From NCBI GenBank assembly GCA_013239625.1, contig MU056029.1:1285299-1305298 (forward strand): a stretch of 20,000 bases of DNA, read 5' to 3'. Positions 1 through 11,540 of the stretch are shown one piece after another. The notes beneath the pieces are model-generated. The model saw nothing but the letters and a program-made list of their open reading frames with translations, searched no databases and was not told the DNA's origin. The translations under genes were made by a program, and so were the position numbers. The stretch is from Lama guanicoe (lineage: Eukaryota). Every line of letters starts with the position of its first letter. Within the stretch, counting starts at the first letter, position 1.

Positions 1-1436
1 TAGCTGATATCCTTATAGCCTCTCTAGTTTTCTTTTTTTCTGATTAATGTTTGAATGATACATGTATTTCCATATATTTACTCTAAGTATCTATATATCA
101 TTCCACTAAAATGAGTTTCTTGCAGATGGAGTGTAGTTGGGTCCTATTTTTTAATTCACTTTGCTAGTCTTTATCTTTCAATTGATGTGTTTTCATCATC
201 TACATTTTATGGACTGTTGCTATATTAGGGCTTAAGTCTGCCATTTTATTATTTTTGTTGTTGTTTTCTGTTCTCTGTGTTTTCCATTTCTCTGTTTTCT
301 TTTTCCTGACTCCCTGTGGGATAGCTGAACATCTATTATGATTCCATTTTGATGTATTTATAGTATTTTTTGTGTACTTTTTTTGTATCTCTTTTTTACT
401 TGTTGCTGTAAGCATTACTTTATATACACATAACTTAATACAGTTTACTGTTGTCTTTATTTTACCAGTTCAGATGAAGACTATCTCTTTATCCTCCCAT
501 AAGGATAATATAGTTGTCTTAAATATTTCCTCTGTATACGTCTAGAATCATGTCAGAGAGTGTTGGATTTTTTTGGACCATCAAACTTAATTTTGAAAAC
601 TCAAGAGAAAAAAAGAAATTCTATTATATTTACCTATATTTTTACCTCTAATGTTCTTTTATTTTATTCTCAGTGTCTCAAGATTTCTTCTTTTATAACT
701 AAAAATTCTTTATAATGGAAAACAATAAACAATATAGTAAAATAAAATATTTTGTAATAAATGTCCATTTTATAACTGTTCAGCAAATTTCCTTTAGCTG
801 TCCTTTTAGGATAGACTGCTGGCAATACATACTCTCAGTTTGTCTTCATCTGAAAATATCTTGATTTTTTTCCCTTCATACCTGAAGAATATTTTTAATG
901 GATATAGAATTCTGTTCTGACACCTCTTGGGGCACTTGAAACATGTGCTGCTTTATTCTTGCCTCCCTGGTTTCTGATGAAAAATCTGCTGTCATTCAAA
1001 TCCTGTTTTCCTTAGAGGTGGGATGTCATTTCTTTCCTGTTGCTTTCAAGTTTTTTTCTTTGTCTTTAGTTTTCAGACATGTGACTGTGATGGGTATTGC
1101 TGTGGATTTCTTTGGGTTTGTCTGATTTGGGATTTCCTCCACTTCTTGAATCTGGAGGTTTTTGTCCAGTTTAGGAAGTCTGACCAGTTATTTCTTTGAA
1201 TACTTTTTCTCCCCCTTCCTCTTTCCCTTCTCCTTCCCCGACTCTAGTGACATGATTTTGTCTTTCGTTATATTCCCTCAAGTGCTCAGGCTCTTTTCAA
1301 TTTCTTCTATTATCTCTGTTTTTCTGATAACTTAATTTTCATGGTTCTGTCTTTAATTTTGCTGATTTTTTTGTCCCTTCCATCTTGCTGATGAACTCAT
1401 CCATTGAGCTGTTTATTATATTATATTTTTCATTTC
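1..1436 (-). mobile_element. Ancient degenerate L1M LINE, antisense (ORF2 start, inter-ORF region and ORF1); continues beyond the window start
   Basis: Very T-rich + strand. The minus-strand translation at 200-415 contains KMADLSPNIA, resembling the MADLxPNISIITLNVNGLN start of old L1M ORF2. Interrupted at 1437 by an LTR. Confidence 0.7.
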
Positions 1437-1760
1437 TGTGTGGTTAACTTTACGTGTCATCTTGACTGAGTCACGGGATGCCCAGATATTTGGTCAAACA
1501 TGATGCTGGGGGTGTCTGTGAAGGTGTCTTGGATATGATGAACATTTACATTGGGCGACTGCATAAAGCAGATGGCCCTCCCTAATGTGTGGGCCTCATC
1601 CAATCAGCTGAAGTCCTGAATAGAACAAAAGGACTGACCTTGCCACCATCAGAGGAAACTCATCCTGCCCCACTGCCTTGAGCAGGAATGTCGGTCTTTT
1701 CTTTTTCTCCTCCTCCTTTTTTTTTTTTTTTTATTTGGAGGGGGTGGGAGGTAATGAGAG

Positions 1761-1793
<33 letters not shown>

Positions 1794-2040
1794 TAGAGGG
1801 GATTGAACTGGGGATTGAACCCAGGACCTCGTGCATACTGAGCACACACTCTACCACTGAGCTACACCTTCCCCCCAGGATGCAGCTCTTCTTGGGTCTC
1901 AGGCCTAACAATTCTCAGACTGGACCCGTCTCCTGAGTCTTCAGCTTGCTGACTGCAGCTCTTGGGATCTCTTAGCTTCCATTACCCTTGTGTGAGGCAA
2001 TGCCGTATAATTAATCTCACATATATACATGAGATATATG
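1437..2040 (+). mobile_element. MLT2-family (ERVL) LTR, interrupted by a SINE, 3' end apparently missing
   Basis: Begins TGTGTGGTTAACTTTTACGTGTCATCTTGACTG, followed by GGGATGCCCAGATATTTGGTCAAACA and CTAATGTGTGGGCCTCATCCAATCAGCTGAAG, matching the MLT2 consensus as I recall it. Confidence 0.75.
1717..1876 (-). mobile_element. Camelid tRNA-derived SINE (Vic-1-like)
   Basis: Reverse complement reads GGGGAAGGTGTAGCTCAGTGGTAGAGTG...GAGGTCCTGGGTTCAATCCCCAG (Pol III A and B boxes), then (AAAT)n and a poly-A tail (T-run from 1717). Has a short internal repeat of GGGGATTGAAC. Confidence 0.85.
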
Positions 2041-2042
2041 AA

Positions 2043-2060
2043 TGTGTGTGTGTGTTTGTA

Positions 2061-2122
<62 letters not shown>
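2043..2122. repeat. Compound microsatellite: imperfect (TG)~20 followed by (TA)20
   Basis: Directly visible: TG tract 2043-2082, TA tract 2083-2122. Confidence 0.97.
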
Positions 2123-2123
<1 letters not shown>

Positions 2124-2126
<3 letters not shown>

Positions 2127-3305
2127 GTAAAAGCCAAGATTGCCATGAAGCAACTATTGTCTGAAACATGGATGTTAAAGGTGATACTGATAAGGGCTTA
2201 GAAAGAAGAAAGGGGGCCAGAGGGCAAACGTTCATCTCCTTAGAAAATACACAAATAATCATGAGCCGAATGCTGGCTGAAATATGGATGTTAAAGGTCT
2301 TCTGATGGGGTCTCAGACAGAAATGACGGACAGGCTGTTGGAAATTGGGGGAAAGATGCTCTTTGTTTTGATTTAGCCAAAGAACTTGGCTAAGGTGTGT
2401 TCCAGTGTTTGGTGGGAGGCAGACCTTGTGAGCAATGAAACTGGATGTTTAGTTGAGGCGATTTCTAAGCAAAGTGATGGAGGAGGGGCTTGGTTCCTCT
2501 TGACTGCTTATAGTAAAACGTGAGCGACATGAGATGAATTAAAGAAGAAATTGTTAAGAAAAAACAAAAAAACAGATGGGAAAGATTTGGAAAATTCTCA
2601 TATTGCAAAAAATAAAAGGGGGAGGAGAGTTTGTTCAGGAAAGAACATCAAGTTGAAAAGGTTACCCGTGGTGTTATCGGCTATCTCAACAGAAGCCAGG
2701 AAGAATGATTCCAAAGGCAATGCAGAGATGATGGGGCTGCCAGTCGCCAAGCAGGTGCAGAGTCCACGGGCTCAGGGAGCCAGCCTCCCTCCACTGCCAC
2801 CTGGCAGAGCCATGAGTGCCGCAGCCTGCAGGGCAGTGAGCGGGATGCTGCTGCCCCCCTGGGGCTGAAGGGCAGTGCATTGAACCAAAGAGGATTCTTC
2901 TTGAGCTTTAAGATCTAACGGGGTTTGAGGAGGAGGGCATAGCTCAGTGGTAGAGTGCATGCTTAGCACGCATGAGGTCTTGGGTTCAACCCCCAGTACC
3001 TTCATTAAATAAACAAATTAATTAATTAATTGACTGATTAACTTAATTTCTTCTCCCCTCAAAAGAAAGATCTCACGGGTTTGCTTTGCTGGGTTTTTGT
3101 CTTGCCTGGGGTTTGTCACCCTTTTCCCCCTTTTGGAACAGGAGTGTCTGTCCTACGCCCAGCCCACCCTTGTATTTTGGGAGCAAATAGCTTGTCCCAC
3201 AGGCTTACAGCTAGAGAGGAATTTTGCCTCAGGATGAACTGAGCGGCACCCGTATCTGATGTGGGTGACATTTAGGTGAGACATTGCACCTTCGACATTA
3301 GAGCG
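2124..3305 (+). mobile_element. MaLR internal sequence (MLT1-int-like), interrupted by a SINE
   Basis: AAATATGGATGTTAAAGGT...GGTCTCAGACAGAAATGA...GTTGGAAATTGGGGGAAAG and CCCACCCTTGTATTTTGG resemble MLT1/MST/THE1 internal consensus motifs. Confidence 0.7.
2928..3066 (+). mobile_element. Camelid tRNA-derived SINE (Vic-1-like) with target-site duplication
   Basis: GGAGGGCATAGCTCAGTGGTAGAGTGCATGCTTAGCACGCATGAGGTCTTGGGTTCAACCCCCAG. TSD: AAGATCTAACGGGGTTTG (2910-2927) / AAGATCTCACGGGTTTG (3067-3083). Confidence 0.9.
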
Positions 3306-3559
3306 GAATCTCCATTCATCCTCCTCTGATGCAACGCCAGCAAGGAGCAGGAGGGAGCTGTGCTGCTGGACTCAGCTGGACCTCCAGCCTCCCCACGGGG
3401 CATCTAGGACGCCTGGGAGAGCGGGCGTCACGGCCGCCGTCTTGCAGGGATGGGGTCCTGCTTCCTCCTGTGCCTGAGCTTCCCTGATGCCGCTCCAGCA
3501 GCAGGCGGGGGCCCTGGACGGGGTGAGACCTAGTGCTGCACGTGCTTTGCTGGCCCAGG

Positions 3560-3935
3560 CTGGGGCGGGGCCGCACTTTTCCCGGTGGTATTTGCCTGGA
3601 GTTGTGTGATCATTTTCTGCCTTGACAGCCTGACCCTTTCCTGCTCCTTTGGGCACAGAGAACAGGCTTCGTTTGTTGTCCTTGCCCTTTTACGTCTATG
3701 CCCCTCGGCATTTCCAGGCGCCAGCCTCTCTTGGTTCCAAGTCTGGAATGTAAAAGGCAAGAAGAAAACCAAAGACCTCACCACCGTGTCACCCTTGGGT
3801 CCCCAGGCCTTGTCTGCCTTGTTCTTTCTGCCTTCCCTGTGTTCGCGTTACATACAATATCCAGGGTTTCTCGTTGTGCTTCGCAGGAAGAACAGGAGAA
3901 GGCACATCTCCGTTTTCCTAGAAGCAGACGTCCCC
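3560..3935 (-). mobile_element. Probable 5' region of an old L1M element, antisense
   Basis: Resembles antisense L1M 5' ends (…AAAACCAAAGACCTCACCACCGTGTC…CCAGGGTTTCTCGTTGTGCTT…CTAGAAGCAGACGTC). May be the continuation of the 1-1436 element. Boundaries approximate. Confidence 0.4.
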
Positions 3936-3939
3936 CAGA

Positions 3940-5135
3940 TGGGTCTCTATTGTGTTGTGTGTACTTTCCTGGCTTTGCTGAGCCTCCTGGGTCTCTCGAT
4001 TTATGTCTTCCACCAAATTCGAGGCATTTTGACCATGACTCTTTCTAACAATTTTCTGGCTCATCTTCCCTCTTCCCTCTGGAGCTCTAATTGGAGGTGT
4101 TGTAACTTTGCATGTAACACATCAGGTCTTCAGGACTTCTGCTTTGTGAAAAACTGGTTTTCCCTGTTTGTTCTCTATACGGCTAATTCCGTTGCTCTGT
4201 CTTCAAGGTCACTGGCTCTCCTGTCATTTCCAACCTGCTGTTAAGCTCATACAGTAAACGTTTTCATTCAGCATATTTGTCAGGTTTAGAATTTGTATTT
4301 GGTTCTTTTAAATAGTTTCAAAACCTCCGCTAAGATTTGCTCTTAGTTTTTTTCATCACAACCATTTTTCACTGCAAAACATTACATTTTTCCCCCTTTG
4401 CGTCTTTAAGTGTAGCCGTAATGTCTGCTCTAAAATCCTTCTGGGCCAAATCCAACGTCTGAATCTTCCTGGGGGTCATTCTGATGGATTGCGGTTTCTC
4501 TTGGCTGTGGCTCATGTTTTCCTGATTCTTTTGCATTTAATAATGTTGAGTTGTTTCTGGGATATTTCAGTCAGGGTTATATTGCAGAGACTATTAGATT
4601 TAGAATGTTTGGGGGGCCGGGGCAAGGGGGTGTTGCTAGTTACCCTGACTGAGTTCAAATTCCAAACTCTGTCCTTTCCGTGGTGGGCAAGCGCTGACAT
4701 GTCCCGTGGGTCTTTACTTAGCTGGGCTGGTAGGATACGTTCCGTTATGTGTGTGTGATTGTGCGGTGAGTGAGATGTCTGGGCGGAGTTTGCACACATC
4801 TGTCTCCATCAGTTTGGGGCTCCCTCTCTGTGGCTCTTCCCTTTCTAGGATTTTGTACCCCACATTCCAGCCGCACTGCTTTGATAGCTCCAGACTCTTC
4901 CTCTGGACTCTTCAAGCCAGTAAGACGAAGGGAGCCCTCTGATCCGTGGCCGCCTCACGGCTCTGACTCACAGCTTTTCAAGAGAAAATCCATTCCCTTT
5001 GTCCAAGTCCCAGATCCTCTCCAGGGCCTCCAAGGAATCATTTTTTATGTGGTTATTTTCTTTACGTGGTTCTATGTGGTGCCCAAAGTTGTTACCTACT
5101 AACAGCCACTCTGTGTTCCTGCCAGGGAACTTCTT
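3940..5135 (-). mobile_element. Second degenerate L1M fragment (ORF1/5' region), antisense
   Basis: T-rich. GCTTTGCTGAGCCTCCTGGGTCTCTCGATTTATGTCTTCCACCAAATTCGAGG parallels the ORF1-like segment near 1120-1200. Boundaries approximate. Confidence 0.5.
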
Positions 5136-5298
5136 TTGATTCCAGAGATTTCCTTTTATTTCACTTCCATCAGTCCAAAGGTATTTTGGAGTTTAAGAGA
5201 AGTAACTGTGTGTGATGAGCCAAAAGTTAGGTTGGATGGGAATAATTCATTTTTTTTCAAATGAAGATTTTCAAATGCCATAGAGAGATAAAATTTAC

Positions 5299-5420
5299 AG
5301 GAGGAGGGCATAGCTCAGTGGTAAAGCGTGTGTTTAGCAAGCATGAGGTCCAGGGTTCAACACCCAGTACCTCCATTAAAATAGATACATAAATAAATAC
5401 AACCCTAATCACCCCCCTCA
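5299..5420 (+). mobile_element. Camelid tRNA-derived SINE (Vic-1-like), followed by a short L1-like 3' tail to about 5505
   Basis: GGAGGAGGGCATAGCTCAGTGGTAAAGCGTGTGTTTAGCAAGCATGAGGTCCAGGGTTCAACACCCAG. Followed by TATCTCAATAAAAGTGG and an A-rich tail. Confidence 0.85.
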
Positions 5421-6172
5421 AAATGTATACAGTACTGTATGTCACCGTATCTCAATAAAAGTGGAAGAAAAAATTTTTAAATAAAATAAAAATTATAAAA
5501 AAAAGTATTTGGGCAAAGTGGTATAATGGGAAGGAACTCTCACTAAGATTTGTTTAAATCACTTGCTGCCATGAGGTGGCTGTGCACATCGGTTGTTGGG
5601 ACAAAACCTTCAAAAGACCCCCCCCAATACCGTATTTGGGAATCACCTGTTCATGTCCCTGAAGGAAAGTGAATCGCTCGTGTCCCTAAGAGGAAAATGA
5701 GTCATAGACCTCAAAACCGTGCTGCACTTTGGACATGAAAATTATGCTCTTCATTTGATGAAGGGTAAAAATACTAAAAGGCAAAGGTTGTGATTTTTTT
5801 CATCATTATTTAAATAAATTTAAGTGAGTGTGATGCTCGGATTTAATGGCCATGTTGTGCAGGGCAGGCAACACGAAAACAGTTTTTGGTGAAGGAAACG
5901 TGTGAGCTTTTAACCCTTCTTCGTATTATCCAACACGCAACAACCCACCAACCGCACTTAAATCGCTCATCACGCTTGTAGCTCAAATGCGCATCTCACA
6001 GGACCTCTTCATTTCTACATTCAGCCAAACAAAGCAAGATCAAGTTACATAATACATACATTAATTCATTTCTCGAACTTAGTAGAAAGCCAAAACCAGT
6101 ACCAACATTTCTCGAACTCGGTGGAGATTTGGAGCTCTCATGCCAGGCTTCTTTTCATCTGCCTGATTTTTG

Positions 6173-6666
6173 TTTTTGTTTTTGTTTTTTTAACATTTTT
6201 TATTGATTTATAATCATTTTACAATGTGTCAAATTCCATTGTTCAGCACAATTTTTCAGTCATTCATGGACATATATACACTCATTGTCACATTTTTTTC
6301 TCTGTGAGTTATCATAACATTTTGTGTATATTTCCCTGCGCTATACAGTGTAATCCTGTTTATCTATTCTACAATTTTGAAATCCCAGTCTATCCCTTCC
6401 CACCCTCTCCCCTCCCCCGGTAACCACAAGTCTGTATTCTCTGTCCATGAGTCTATTTCTGTCCTGTATTTATGCTTTGTTTTTGTTTGTTTGTTTGTTT
6501 TTGTTTTTTAGATTCCACATATGAGCGATCTCATATGGTATTTTTCTTTCTCTTTCTGGCTTACTTCACTTAGAATGACATTCTCTAGGAGCATCCATGT
6601 TGCTGCAAATGGCGTTATGTTGTCGGTTTTTATGGCTGAGTAGTATTCCATTGTATAACTATACCA
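6173..6666 (-). mobile_element. Relatively young 5'-truncated L1 (3' UTR and ORF2 end) with 17-bp TSD
   Basis: T-rich tail, then TTAGATTCCACATATGAGCGATCTCATATGGTATTTTTCTTTCTCTTTCTGGCTTACTTCACTTAGAATGAC. TSD: CATCTGCCTGATTTTTG (6156-6172) / CATCTGCCTGGTTTTTG (6667-6683). Confidence 0.9.
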
Positions 6667-7699
6667 CATCTGCCTGGTTTTTGAAGATGGGCTGAGGTAG
6701 ACGCTGATCCTTTATTTATATTTGCTGTAACTGCCATTTCTGTTGCACACGAAGCAGTCAAAACAGCTCTCCACCTGTAACACACTTGTACGCAGTGGAC
6801 CAAGAGCCAGAAAACTGCACAGACTTCACCTCTCCTCAGCGTACAGGGTTTCCGCTCAGGACTTGGTCATTTTGAGAGAAGACAGGCTATTCGATTCAGT
6901 GTTTTTCTTGCTTGTCTTTCGTCTTCCAGGTTTACTAAAAATAGCGGCTCGGCCAAGTAGCTCACGCACACCACCAGCATCAGAGCCCGCAGAGGCTAAA
7001 TGTGATCGGATAATGAGTTTCAAATTACCCAATCCAGGCGTCTCTGCTATTAGCAGACAAAGCCATGCAAATAGGTGTCATTATTCTAACGAGCCACATG
7101 CTCCGGCTTCTCTAGCACGGAGCGGAATGAACAGACGTCTCCTTATTGCTGCCTCCCCTCTCAAGAATCCAAACAATGGTTGAAATTAACCCCGGTTTAT
7201 ACAGAGATGTGTCCTAGTTCATAAGGAAGTTCCTTGAAGACAATGGTGTGGCTTATGTTTGGAGTGAGCGCTTAAACAAACCAAGACTACTTAGAAAAGA
7301 AAAAGAAAAAAATGTTTTGTTCATTTTATTTGTTAAATGATGCCTTAAATATTAGATCAAGTCATAAGAAAACCCTTGAATTCCTGGAAGTATATTCTAA
7401 ATTAGACACGATCACCTGTTTGGTGGACACCCAGTAGGGAGAATTTCAAGAAGTCAGGGGTAAATGGGGAAGTGAGCTGTCATGGCTGTGGAATCGCGGC
7501 TGTGCCACTGCGTCAGCCACGTCCTGTGGGTGATCCAAAACGCAGGTTTCCCGGTGCGCCTGTGTTACAGTCTGTGAGGCCTTAGAAACACGTTGAACTT
7601 TTGTGTGTGTCCCGTGTTAGTTAACCGTGATGCCTGTTTGGCAGATATGATGGGTGCATTCCACACTCAGCACTCTGTGAGGTGCTGTGGGAAATGGGC

Positions 7700-8260
7700 A
7701 CTAATGGTGCTCTGGGGCACGTTAGCTAAGCAGGCTAAACACCTTTGTGAAACTGAAGGCCATCTGAAATTCACAGAAGGGGAAGCGCATCCTGGGGGTC
7801 GTATTTTGAACGGAGCCTGGAAGGATTTGAGTGGAAGAAGGCTTAATGGAAATAAGGAAAAAGCACAAATGCCAGGTGATTAGTTAGTGGAGGCATTGAA
7901 CCTTGTTCTTTGGGGAACAGCGTTACAGCCCAAATAGGAAAGGCCTTAAGCTGTAGAGCATTAAAGGAGCAGGCAGAGCAGTGATGTTTTGGAGTAAAGG
8001 GAGGGAGTGCTGAAATCACTATTGTGGAAGCAAAATCGAGAGCTTGGAATTGCCCTGAAGCAGTAGGGCCCAGAGCAGGTGGTGGACATTGTGACAAGTG
8101 GATTATAACACAGGTTCGTGATTTTGAGACCAGGTGACTTAGAAAATAGTATTTTCTACAAGAAACTGGAAGTAATTGGGAGGAGTTGCTGGATTTGAAT
8201 GTAAAAAAAGAGAGAAAAGAGCTAATGGGTTTAGGAGGGGGCGGGAAAGTACCTGAGGGA
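7700..8260 (-). mobile_element. Possible highly degraded L2 fragment
   Basis: Purine-rich (GA-rich) texture typical of antisense L2. No diagnostic motif identified. Confidence 0.3.
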
Positions 8261-8407
8261 TTTCCTCCTAACACTCTGGCGTTCTGATCTGCTCGCCTCT
8301 CTTCTTCACAGGGGAAGCAGCTTTTCTGCGGGAGAGTGACAGTCCTTTGTCCTTCTTTCCTGATTTGTTCCCATTTAAGTCTATAAACTCAGAGAGCACT
8401 GTCTCTC

Positions 8408-8860
8408 TTTTTTTTAATTATTATTATTGAAGCATAGTCAGTTTGCAAGTGAGTTTTTTTAATTGCAGTACAGTCAGTACAGTTAGATGCTGTGTCAGCT
8501 CCAGGTGTACAGCACAGTGTCCCAGTCATGCATACACAGACGTATATTCATTTTCATGTTCTTTTTCATTATAGGTGACTACAAGATACTGAATATAGTT
8601 CCCGTGTGCTAAACAGAAGAAACTTGTAGTTTATCTATTTTATATACAGTAGTTAGTATCTGTAAATCTCAAACTCCCAGATTTATCCTTTCCTACTCGT
8701 TTACCTCCCCCACCATGGCCATAAGTTTGTTTTCTGTGTCTGTTAGTCTGTTTCTGTTTTCTAGATAAGTTCATTAGTCTCCTTTTTCTTTTTTGAGATT
8801 CCACTTATGAGTTATACCATGTGGTATTTTTCTTTGTCTTCCTGGTTTACTTCACTTAGA
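8408..8860 (-). mobile_element. 5'-truncated L1 3' end, antisense
   Basis: Poly-T start, TCATTATAGGTGACTACAAGATACTGAATATAGTTCCC, and GATTCCACTTATGAG…TTACTTCACTTAGA, which is shared with the 6173-6666 element. Confidence 0.85.
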
Positions 8861-9585
8861 GTCTCTGACTCTCCCTCAGACCTGCCGGGACAGGGACCCA
8901 CGTAGCTCTACAAGGACTTGACTGTGGGGTGGGGATGGGCCATGTGACTAGCAGATCTTAGTCTTCCAGTGTAGCTTCCTGGGCAACAGGGCAGTTAAGT
9001 GCTACCTGTTCATCTTCGTGCAGACAGGTGCACTTCCCTCTCAGTTGATTCTGGGCAGGGAAGGAGGCATTTTGTGATTTCAGTTAGAGCCACTGGTCTA
9101 AGTTTTACCTGCTAAACTGAAAGCGGGGATACTGGGTGCCCAACGGACCATCAGAGATCATGCATCCACAGACATTTGCCTTTCACAAAGTTTCTCGTCT
9201 AGGTCATGTAATTGACACGCCAGGTGTTGACGTGGTTTTCAGCTCAGGGAAGTTGAGGACCTGTGGGTTACACAGACAGTGGGTGGTGAGGTCTCCTGGG
9301 GTGGTCACTCTGCTGGTTCCCACCTCCAGTTTTAGAAGAGGGAGGAAGGCAGAGGGCCTGGGTGCTAGAGAACTCAAATCCTCTACATTTTGCAAATCAC
9401 CCAAATTCCGGTTACACCCCAATCTGCATTTCTTTGAAACCTTAGCTGTGGATGCACAGAGTAAAAGAGATTTCCTCCCTGGCTATTGGCAGTTCCTGGG
9501 TGTCTATGCGGTCTGTCAGGCTACCCAAAGATCCTCACACACTGCGTCTGCTTTTGACAGACAATTAGAAAGTGAATTCACAGAG

Positions 9586-9703
9586 GGGAGGGTGTGGCTC
9601 AGAGGTAGCATGCATGCCTAGCATGCAGGAGGTCCTGGGTTCAATCCCCAGTGCCTCCATGAAAGTAACTAAATAAATAAACCTAATTACCTACCTCCCC
9701 CAA
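9586..9703 (+). mobile_element. Camelid tRNA-derived SINE (Vic-1-like) with TSD
   Basis: GGGAGGGTGTGGCTCAGAGGTAG…GAGGTCCTGGGTTCAATCCCCAG. TSD: AAAGTGAATTCACAGAG (9569-9585) / AAAGTAAATTCACAAAG (9704-9720). Confidence 0.9.
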
Positions 9704-9789
9704 AAAGTAAATTCACAAAGAAAGAGCTTCTCATAAGATTGGATTTGACATCAAGCAAAACTTCCCAACTTACGGTTATGTTCCTTATT

Positions 9790-9960
9790 AGCTACTACTT
9801 ATTAAGCACCTACTGTGTGTCAGGCATATGCTGACTGCTTGGCATTCCCGAATACACTTTATCCTGAAGGACCCCTGGGTAGTCCCCTCAATCTTCAGGT
9901 GAAGCAGTAGGGCCTAGAGAGTAAAGAGGTTGTTGAAGTTCATTCCATGGAGAAGGTCAG
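9790..9960 (-). mobile_element. MIR SINE
   Basis: ACTTATTAAGCACCTACTGTGTGTCAGGCA…CAGGTGAAGCAGTAGGGCCTAGAGAG resembles the antisense MIR consensus. Confidence 0.6.
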
Positions 9961-11540
9961 CGTCATGCTGACGTATCTCTCATGGCAAAAACTCATCACT
10001 TTGAAAAGGCTTTGTAAATAAGGGGTCCATGTGCCATTGCTACCTCTTATTCAGGATTTGTAGGGCTACGGAGGACAGACAGAGAGTGTCAGCCCAGGGA
10101 CAGAGCTGCTCGAAGGCAGTGATGGATTCCAGGCTGGTTTTGGATGAAAATGTTTCAGACCTTCCTGCCCGGCTGATGTCTGGTTGGAGGGAGGCCAGCA
10201 CTGTTTTGGGCTCTAAATCATGATGGCTGAGGGCCTGGCAGACTTGCTCGCCTCGTTTACTGTCGCACCAGCACAGAGATCGAATGCCACACCCCGACAC
10301 AAAGAGAATTTAGTGTCGCTAAATGCCCAGGCCGGAAGGCGCACAAGTGCTGTCCTTCATTTGGCGAGGAGAGCGGGACCCACGCCGCAGCCCCGCCGCC
10401 CCCTGTGCTGCTGTTACCAGTGCTGGTAACTGCGTTGCTGTCAACAGGCCGCTTGCTGCTGCCTGACAGTGTGAGGGACGAGACGGTGTGAGATATGAGT
10501 CCACGCTGTTCATGCAGCACTTTGTGATTTCAAGTAACTTTTATCTAGTTGCAATTATTATTTTATCAGATCCTTATTACAAGTATTATTATCCCCCCTG
10601 CCCCCCCCCAGTGATGGAGAAGGAGGCTTACAGGACTTGGGACTCATGCCCAGCGAGCCTGCCGGTAACCTCCTCCCAGCCACGCTCCCTGCAGCACAGA
10701 CACGCTTCCCTGGTTGATACGCTCCTCACATCAGAGCCCAAGGCAGCCACCCCCAGTCCCACTGCGGAGAGTGATGCCCTGCCCTGCAGTCGGCCAGCAT
10801 CCCCGGCAGTCCCGTCCCCTCTGTGCCTGCACTGCCCACAACTGCCGTCTGCCTCCCCCGTCCTCACTTGCCTTCCCTGCGGGTGCCGGAGGAGGCTCCT
10901 GCACTGCTGTCCAGAGTGCTTCCTTCATCCTGAATGTCCTCCCCTGCACCGTGCGCCCCCTGCTCCTTTGCCCTCTTCCCCGACCCCCTTGAGGACACTG
11001 AAGAGGTAGCGCCACGGGGGAGCACCATTTTCTGTGCTCTGCACTCTCCGTAGACACGTGTCTGTGTTCTCAGTCATCCCTGACTCTCAGAGCTGCCCTG
11101 GCCACTAAGACGTCTTGCCTCGAGGTTTGAGCTCCTTTTTAAGCTTCAGGATTCTCATTTCCCAACCTACTCACACTTCCAGGGGATGTGGGGGTCCCCT
11201 TACTCCTTTTGGCCAGAGGTCAGACTCCCAGCTCCCATGTGTATTGGAACTGGAGTGGGGGGACTGTCAGCAGCTCTCCTCACTGTGAGTGTAGCCGGGG
11301 GCAGGCCAGTCTCATGGTGCGTCAGCTCCAAAGGGTGTGTGGCAGCTGAGCTGGGGAGAGGGTGCAGGGCAGGCACACAGGGCGACAGGACACCCGCTGC
11401 CCGAGCCAGTCAGGACAGTAGGAAGCCAGGAGACGCTGCCTTATCACAGTCTGCCGTCCACTCCACACACACAGCCCCAGCCGGACTCCCCTGTGGCCGC
11501 TGTGCTCAGGTCCATGTCTGAGCACCACGGCCCTTCAATA

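Noticed and set aside
1941..2262. ORFs with YIYI/THTH/CVCV runs
   Set aside because: These are translations of the (TG)n(TA)n microsatellite.
2161..2310. Repeat TGAAA(C/T)ATGGATGTTAAAGGT at about 2162 and 2278
   Set aside because: Probably intrinsic to the MaLR internal sequence.
2928..3003. tRNA-like sequences with A and B boxes (also near 1810, 5300 and 9590)
   Set aside because: They are SINE heads with AT-rich tails and TSDs, not tRNA genes.
3585..4244. Longest ORF (219 aa, hydrophobic)
   Set aside because: Non-ATG start. Its Leu/Phe/Ser richness reflects T-rich antisense L1-like sequence, and it resembles no protein family I recognise.
11518..11538. RE1/NRSE-like AGCACCACGG
   Set aside because: Only the left half matches; the GGACAG right half is absent.
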